Assembly: GCF_004296475.1 (NCBI RefSeq)
Contig: NZ_AP018162.1
Location: 180,001 to 212,000 of the forward strand
Source of the DNA: Candidatus Saccharimonadota bacterium
GTDB lineage: Bacteria > Pseudomonadota > Gammaproteobacteria > Enterobacterales > Enterobacteriaceae
Direction of reading: 5' to 3'
DNA: 32,000 nt
The notes beneath the pieces were generated by a model that was given only the letters and a program-made list of their open reading frames with translations, was not told the DNA's origin and ran no database searches. Below, piece by piece: positions 26,762-32,000 of this stretch. Position 1 is the stretch's first letter. Each line of letters begins with the position of its first letter. The position numbers were made by a program, and so were the translations under genes.

Positions 26762-27859
26762 ATGATTAAAAAAAAAGTAATAGTAGCAATGTCAGGTGGG
26801 GTAGATTCATCAGTATCTGCATATATATTAAAAAAAATCGGATATTGTGTAGAAGGAATTTTTATGAATAATTGGGAAATAGATAATAATGAAAATAGTT
26901 GTAATTCATTAAAAGATTTTTTAGATACTAAATTAGTTACAGATATATTAGATATAAAATTACATACTATTAACTTTTCAAAAGATTATTTTAATAATGT
27001 ATTCAAATATTTTTTAAATGTATATTTAAAAGGAAATACTCCAAATCCTGACATTTTATGTAATAAAATAATAAAATTTAATATATTAAAAGATTTTATT
27101 AATAAAAATATAAAATGTGATTATATATCTACTGGTCATTATGCAAGAAATATATTTTGTAAAAAAAAAAATAAAAATTTCTTATTAAGAGGATTAGATA
27201 AAAATAAAGATCAAAGTTATTTTTTATATAAATTAAATTCTAATGAAATAAATAAATATATTTTTCCATTAGGAAATTTTAAAAAAAATGAAGTTAGAAA
27301 AATAGCAGAAAAAATAAAAATAAGTAATTATAATAAAAAAAGCTCAACTGGTATATGTTTTATAGGAAATAAGTGTTTTAATAACTTTTTAAGTAAATTT
27401 ATAAGTAAATCAAAAGGTATTATATTATCTGAAGATAATAAATTTATAGGATATCATAATGGTATATCGTTTTATACTATAGGCCAGAGAAAAGGTTTGA
27501 ATATAGGAGGTATAAAAGGATACAAAGAAAGTCCATGGTATATAATAGATAAAAATATAAAAAAAAATATATTGGTAGTATCACAAAATAAAAATCATAA
27601 AAATTTAATATCTTATGGATTAATAGCTAATAATATAAATTGGATAAATAAAATCCCTAATAATATTAATAGATTTAAAGCATTAGTAAAAATAAGATAT
27701 AATCATAATAATGATATAAATTCTTTAGTAAAAATATTTAATAATTTTGTATATGTAATTTTTGATAAACCTAATGGTGTAGTTGTACCAGGACAATCAG
27801 TTGTATTTTATATAGGAAATAATTGTATAGGAGGAGGAATAATTTATTCTAGAATTTAA
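26762..27859 (+). CDS. mnmA: tRNA-specific 2-thiouridylase MnmA (TrmU)
   Basis: 365 aa with the PP-loop VIVAMSGGVDSSVSA. NPDILCN, TGHYAR, DQSYFL and the catalytic Cys in STGICFIG are present. Confidence 0.95.
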   Translation: MIKKKVIVAMSGGVDSSVSAYILKKIGYCVEGIFMNNWEIDNNENSCNSLKDFLDTKLVTDILDIKLHTINFSKDYFNNVFKYFLNVYLKGNTPNPDILCNKIIKFNILKDFINKNIKCDYISTGHYARNIFCKKKNKNFLLRGLDKNKDQSYFLYKLNSNEINKYIFPLGNFKKNEVRKIAEKIKISNYNKKSSTGICFIGNKCFNNFLSKFISKSKGIILSEDNKFIGYHNGISFYTIGQRKGLNIGGIKGYKESPWYIIDKNIKKNILVVSQNKNHKNLISYGLIANNINWINKIPNNINRFKALVKIRYNHNNDINSLVKIFNNFVYVIFDKPNGVVVPGQSVVFYIGNNCIGGGIIYSRI

Positions 27860-27890
27860 ATATTATTTAATAATTTATATTTAATTTTTA

Positions 27891-28679
27891 TTATTTATAA
27901 TTTAAAAAATTTATAAAATTATTATATATATTTTCAGATAAATATATTACATCTAAATTTAAACATTTACTAATATAATTAATTATTTCATTAATATTTG
28001 ATGGTATATTACATTTTCCTCTATATGGATGAGGGGATAAATAAGGAGAATCTGTTTCTATTAATAATTTATTAATTGGTATATATTTTATTATATTTTT
28101 TAAATTAGAATTTTTAAAAGTTAATATACCAGATAAAGATATATATAAATTTTCATCTAAAAATTTTTTTAGAATATATAATTCATCATTAAATGAATGT
28201 ATTACCCCATTTATTTTTTCATTTTTTATTATATCTATAATATATTCACTTGAATTTCTTGTATGTATTATAATAGGTTTATTTACATTTTTACTAATTT
28301 CTATATGTTTTGTAAAAGAATTTATTTGTATATTTTTTTTTACTTTATTATATTCTTTTAAAAAATCTAATCCTGTTTCTCCTATAGCTATAACATCTTT
28401 ATTTAAAGATATTTCTGATAGCTCTTTAATATCTTTATTTAAATTTGTATTATTTATATGCAAAGGATGTATACCACATGAATATAATATATTCTTTATT
28501 TTTTTAAATTTTAAATAAGATTCTTTAAAATCAGATATTGTTATACTAACATTTAATAAAATATTTACATTATTTTTTAATGAATCATTTATAAAATCAT
28601 CTATATTATTATATATACTATAATTTGTTAATATATCATTTATATGACAATGAGAATCTATTAAATTTATATTTTTCAT
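27891..28679 (-). CDS. ycfH: TatD-family metal-dependent hydrolase (YcfH-like)
   Basis: 262 aa. LIDSHCHI (HxH), GETGLD, IIHTR, HSF and ETDSPYL are present. It follows holB with a 4-nt overlap, as in E. coli holB-ycfH. Confidence 0.9.
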   Translation of the reverse strand: MKNINLIDSHCHINDILTNYSIYNNIDDFINDSLKNNVNILLNVSITISDFKESYLKFKKIKNILYSCGIHPLHINNTNLNKDIKELSEISLNKDVIAIGETGLDFLKEYNKVKKNIQINSFTKHIEISKNVNKPIIIHTRNSSEYIIDIIKNEKINGVIHSFNDELYILKKFLDENLYISLSGILTFKNSNLKNIIKYIPINKLLIETDSPYLSPHPYRGKCNIPSNINEIINYISKCLNLDVIYLSENIYNNFINFLNYK

Positions 28680-29653
28680 TTATTTAATAAAATTTTTTCT
28701 AAAAATATAATTATATTATATTTTATTATAGACTTATTTATATATTTATTTTTTTTTATGTTATTTATATGATAAGTTATATTATCTATTATTTTAAATA
28801 TATTATCTACAGATAAAATTTTTTCTAATTTATTTATTAATATAATTTGATCTATATTTTTTATATATTCAATTTTAGTTTTTATAATTAGTAAATCTTT
28901 AAATAAATAAATTAACCAATATAATATATCATATATTTTTATATTATTTTTATTTATATTAATTAATAAATTACTAAAATTATTATTTATTAAAGAAACA
29001 TAAAAAAAATTAAAAAAAAAAGTTCTTTTATTATAATTATTTATTAAAAAATTAATTATATTAATATAAGATTTTTCATATATATTAATAGCAATATTAA
29101 TTATTTTTATATCTATATTTTTGAATTCATTTTTTATAAATCTAATTAATAATTTATTTTTAATATATGTTTTTATATAAAAACATCTGCTTATTATAGT
29201 ATTTGGAATATTATTTATATTTTTACAACATATTATTATAAAAATATTATTATTATAATTTTCTAATATATTTAATATTAGATTAATAGAAATATCATTT
29301 AATAAATTTAAATTAGGTATATAAAATATTGTATTATTTTTAGAATTATTGTATCTATATATTTTTTTAATAAAAATTTTAACTACTTCTATATTTATAG
29401 TTTTATCTATAATAAAATTATTTATATTAATAAAGTTAATATTTAAATTTATATTTGATTGTATACATTCATTACATTTACCACATGTATTATAATTAAT
29501 TTTATTTATACATAATATCCATTTAAATATCTTATTTAATAAGATATTTTTATATATAAAATTATTTAAATCTATTAATAATGGGATTCTTTTTTTTTTA
29601 TATATTGATATTATTTCATTAAATTTTTTATCTATATATAAAAAATCATTCAT
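28676..29653 (-). CDS. holB: DNA polymerase III delta' subunit
   Basis: Cys module CGKCNECIQ and the SRC motif (IISRCFYIK) are present. MNDFLYIDKKFNEIISIYKKKRIPLLI parallels E. coli MRWYPWLRPDFEKLVASYQAGRGHHALLI, so I prefer ATG at 29653. The ORF-track start (TTG at 29740) would run through rpmF. Confidence 0.82.
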   Translation of the reverse strand: MNDFLYIDKKFNEIISIYKKKRIPLLIDLNNFIYKNILLNKIFKWILCINKINYNTCGKCNECIQSNINLNINFININNFIIDKTINIEVVKIFIKKIYRYNNSKNNTIFYIPNLNLLNDISINLILNILENYNNNIFIIICCKNINNIPNTIISRCFYIKTYIKNKLLIRFIKNEFKNIDIKIINIAINIYEKSYINIINFLINNYNKRTFFFNFFYVSLINNNFSNLLININKNNIKIYDILYWLIYLFKDLLIIKTKIEYIKNIDQIILINKLEKILSVDNIFKIIDNITYHINNIKKNKYINKSIIKYNIIIFLEKILLNK

Positions 29654-29660
29654 ATTTAAA

Positions 29661-29825
29661 TTAAAATATTTTTTTACCTTTATAAAATCCATTTTTACTA
29701 ACAAAATGTCTAATATGTAATTCTCCAGAATAAAAATCAATTGATAATTTAGGAATTATTATTTTATCATGAGATCTTCTCATGTTTCTTTTTGATCTAG
29801 TTTTTCTATTTTGTTGTACTGCCAT
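29661..29825 (-). CDS. rpmF: 50S ribosomal protein L32 (not in supplied ORF track)
   Basis: Hand translation of the minus strand gives 54 aa: [54 protein letters not shown]. This compares with E. coli L32, [57 protein letters not shown]. ATG is at 29825..29823 and TAA at 29663..29661. Confidence 0.9.
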   Translation of the reverse strand: MAVQQNRKTRSKRNMRRSHDKIIIPKLSIDFYSGELHIRHFVSKNGFYKGKKIF

Positions 29826-29911
29826 ATTCTTTTTTATTTTATATAAAATATATTAAAATTATAATTATAACATTATATAATATAATATTATTTAATAAAA
29901 AGGTAAAATAA

Positions 29912-30226
29912 ATGTATGTAATTTTTCAATTTAATAATAAACAATATATATCTAAAGATAATCAAATATTAAAAGTAGATAAAATTAATTTAAATATAAA
30001 TAGTGAAATTGAAATTAATAATTTAATATTATTAAATTATAATAATAAATTATTTATAGGTAATCCTTTCATAAAGAATATAAAAATAATTGTTAAAATT
30101 ATTAATCATATAAGAACAAAAAAAATAAAAATTCTAAAATTTAAAAGAAGAAAAAATTATTTAAAAATAAATAATCATAGACAATGGTTTACTAATATAA
30201 AAATAAAAAATATTATTGAGGTATAA
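29912..30226 (+). CDS. rplU: 50S ribosomal protein L21
   Basis: 104 aa. [25 protein letters not shown] parallels E. coli [25 protein letters not shown]. An AGGT lies 9 nt upstream of the ATG. It is followed by rpmA. Confidence 0.92.
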   Translation: MYVIFQFNNKQYISKDNQILKVDKINLNINSEIEINNLILLNYNNKLFIGNPFIKNIKIIVKIINHIRTKKIKILKFKRRKNYLKINNHRQWFTNIKIKNIIEV

Positions 30227-30227
30227 T

Positions 30228-30485
30228 ATGGCTCATAAAAAAGCTGCTGGATCTACAAGAAATGGAAGAGATTCTCCTGGTAAAAGATTAGGATTAAAAC
30301 ATTTTGGAGGAGAAATTGTATATCCTGGTAATATATTAATTAGACAAAGAGGAAGTAAATTTCATCCTGGTGTTAATGTTGGATGTGGAAAGGATTATAC
30401 TTTATTTTCATTAATAAGAGGAATAATAAAATTTAAAAAAAATAAAATAAATAATAAAAAAGTTATATATGTAATACCAATTTAA
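30228..30485 (+). CDS. rpmA: 50S ribosomal protein L27
   Basis: [60 protein letters not shown] is near-identical in pattern to E. coli L27. I prefer ATG at 30228, preceded by GAGG at the end of rplU, over the track start at 30216. Confidence 0.95.
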   Translation: MAHKKAAGSTRNGRDSPGKRLGLKHFGGEIVYPGNILIRQRGSKFHPGVNVGCGKDYTLFSLIRGIIKFKKNKINNKKVIYVIPI

Positions 30486-30488
30486 ATT

Positions 30489-31460
30489 ATGAATTTTTTA
30501 TATAAAAAAATTATTAAAGTTAAAGCCGGAAATGGAGGAGATGGATGTGTAAGTTTTAGAAAAATAAAATTTATAAATAAAGGAGGACCGGATGGAGGAA
30601 ATGGAGGAAAAGGAGGAGATGTATTTTTATTATCTAATAAAAACATAAATAATTTTAATGATTGTAATTTTAAAAATATAATATATGCAGAAGATGGTAA
30701 AAAGGGAAGTAAAGAAAATAAAACAGGAAAAAATGGTAAAAGTACAATAATAAATGTTCCAATTAATATTAAAGTGATAAATTATGATACTGAAGAAATT
30801 ATTTATAATATAAAAAATAATAATGAGTTATTAATAGTTGCAAAAGGAGGAGATTTTGGATTAGGTAATAGTAAATTTAAATCATCAATAAATAGATCGC
30901 CAAAATTTTGTACATTAGGTAAAATTGGAGAAAATAGAACTTTAATATTAAAATTAGAATTAAATTCTGATGTTGGAATTATAGGATTATCTTATTCTGG
31001 TAAAACATCTTTAATATATTCTATTATAAATAAAGATAAAATAGATTTAAATACTAAATATCCTAGAAAATTTATAGTTAATAATAAATTTTCTATAATA
31101 GATACTCCTGGATTAATAAATTCTAGTAATTTTAATATCAATTTTTTAAATCATTTAAATAAATGTTCATTATTAATATATATTATAGATATATCATATT
31201 ATAAATGTAATTTTTCTATTAATAATATATATAATATTTTTAATAAAATATATTTATATAATAAAAATTTAATTTTAAAAGAAAAATGGATTGTCTTTAA
31301 TAAAATAGATTTATTAAGTTATAATGATGTATTACTATATTCTAATTATATAATTAGTAAATTAAATTGGAAATCAAATTATTATTTAATTTCTGCAAAA
31401 AAAAATATTAGTATAAATAAATTATTAATTGATATATATAATTTTTTAAAAAAGGTTTAA
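30489..31460 (+). CDS. obgE: GTPase Obg (ObgE/CgtA), short and divergent
   Basis: 323 aa. The Obg fold is supported by VKAGNGGDGCVSFRKIKFINKGGPDGGNGGKGGDVFL. G1 is GLSYSGKTS, G3 is DTPGL and G4 is NKIDL. It follows rplU-rpmA as in E. coli. Confidence 0.9.
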   Translation: MNFLYKKIIKVKAGNGGDGCVSFRKIKFINKGGPDGGNGGKGGDVFLLSNKNINNFNDCNFKNIIYAEDGKKGSKENKTGKNGKSTIINVPINIKVINYDTEEIIYNIKNNNELLIVAKGGDFGLGNSKFKSSINRSPKFCTLGKIGENRTLILKLELNSDVGIIGLSYSGKTSLIYSIINKDKIDLNTKYPRKFIVNNKFSIIDTPGLINSSNFNINFLNHLNKCSLLIYIIDISYYKCNFSINNIYNIFNKIYLYNKNLILKEKWIVFNKIDLLSYNDVLLYSNYIISKLNWKSNYYLISAKKNISINKLLIDIYNFLKKV

Positions 31461-31462
31461 GT

Positions 31463-31930
31463 ATGGATTCTATATTAATAAGCAAAGAAGGAATTAGAAA
31501 ATTAAAAAAAAAATTAGACTACATAAAAAATATAAAAATTCCTGAAATAATAAATTCTATAAGAGAAGCAAGGTCATATGGAGATATTAAAGAAAATTAT
31601 GAATACAAATCAGCCAAAGAACAACAAAAAATATATGAAAATAAAATAATTGATATAGAAGAAAAATTATCTAAATTAAAAATAATTAATTTAAAAAATA
31701 GAAATTTAAATTTAATAACAATTTATTCTAAAGTTAAAATATTGAATATAGATAATAATAAAATAAATATTTATCATATAGTTAGTGAATTTGAATCCAA
31801 TATAGATAATAATAAGATATCTATAAACTCTCCAGTAGCTAAAAGCATTTTAAATAAAAAAATAAATGATATAGTAGAAATAAAAGCCCCAATTGGAATA
31901 TTAAGATATAAAATATTATCAATAAATTAA
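31463..31930 (+). CDS. greA: Transcription elongation factor GreA
   Basis: 155 aa. EARSYGDIKENYEYKSAKEQQ parallels E. coli [20 protein letters not shown]. The C-terminal domain has SINSPVAKSILNKKINDIVEIKAP. Confidence 0.92.
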   Translation: MDSILISKEGIRKLKKKLDYIKNIKIPEIINSIREARSYGDIKENYEYKSAKEQQKIYENKIIDIEEKLSKLKIINLKNRNLNLITIYSKVKILNIDNNKINIYHIVSEFESNIDNNKISINSPVAKSILNKKINDIVEIKAPIGILRYKILSIN

Positions 31931-31931
31931 A

Positions 31932-32000
31932 ATGAAAAATAACAAAAATTTTAGTGATTTTTTTTATAGAAAAGCTAAATTATTAAAATTAAAATCAAGA
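31932..32000 (+). CDS. rlmE: 23S rRNA (uridine2552-2'-O)-methyltransferase RlmE (FtsJ), 5' end only
   Basis: ATG at 31932, 1 nt after the greA stop, gives MKNNKNFSDFFYRKAKLLKLKSR. This parallels E. coli RlmE ..[23 protein letters not shown]. The position after greA matches E. coli once yhbY is removed. Only 23 codons are visible. Confidence 0.65.
   Translation, partial: MKNNKNFSDFFYRKAKLLKLKSR

Noticed and set aside
29654-29740. TTG-initiated 5' extension of the holB ORF (track start 29740). Similar upstream-extended starts appear for gltX (TTG 15352) and rpmA (ATG 30216).
   Set aside because: The holB extension reads through rpmF in another frame and adds residues with no counterpart in E. 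coli HolB. In all three cases an internal ATG reproduces the conserved N-terminus (MNDFLY.., [27 protein letters not shown]).
1-32000. Possibility of an alternative genetic code (UGA=Trp), as in some tiny A+T-rich symbiont genomes.
   Set aside because: Trp positions in conserved motifs are TGG. gltX ends with TGA at the expected protein length. All homologues have near-E. coli lengths under the standard code.
1-32000. Search for CRISPR arrays, IS or transposon ends, integrases, phage genes, toxin-antitoxin or defence cassettes, tandem or long dispersed repeats, and rRNA or other structured ncRNA genes.
   Set aside because: I found none. Every ORF longer than ~60 codons that is not antisense to a known gene is assigned to a housekeeping family. 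The only G/C-enriched islands are the eight tRNA genes. I cannot exclude short dispersed repeats without a computational self-comparison.

Overview
This window is an extremely A+T-rich, very gene-dense piece of a reduced gammaproteobacterial (Enterobacterales-like) chromosome, of the kind seen in obligate insect endosymbionts. By eye it is well over 80% A+T, and G/C is largely confined to tRNA genes and conserved Gly/Pro/Cys codons. I cannot name the organism from sequence alone. I can support 31 protein-coding genes (29 complete, 2 cut by the window edges) and 8 tRNA genes.

Almost everything is housekeeping:
- Replication and repair: dnaG, ligA, dnaQ, holB, rnhA.
- Transcription: rpoD, greA.
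- Translation: rpsU, rpsT, rpmF, rplU, rpmA, ileS, gltX, argS, cca, tsaD, mnmA, rsmA, rlmE, obgE.
- Envelope and proteostasis: lspA, surA, ppiD, murJ, a PAP2 phosphatase, lon.
- Others: tkt and fldA.

Gene order is a patchwork of E. coli-like operon blocks from which individual genes have been cleanly removed. Spacers are 0-10 nt or negative. The genetic code looks standard: Trp is TGG, and TAA, TAG and TGA all terminate ORFs of the expected length.

I found no CRISPR array, mobile element, long repeat, toxin/defence-like cassette or other candidate novel multi-gene system, and I do not want to manufacture one. These observations deserve a second look:
1. An intact 229-codon, histidine-free relic of the PTS Enzyme I N-terminal domain next to ligA.
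2. A tRNA-Tyr with an 8-nt anticodon loop and an oversized variable arm.
3. A structurally degenerate tRNA-Thr(CGU).
4. An rpoD that starts at region 1.2, with no room for region 1.1.
5. No tRNA gene here encodes CCA, while cca is retained with a decayed HD motif.
6. rpmF, a small gene missing from the ORF track, is fused to the holB operon.
7. Several unusually long gene overlaps, including gltX terminating inside an antisense tRNA-Pro.
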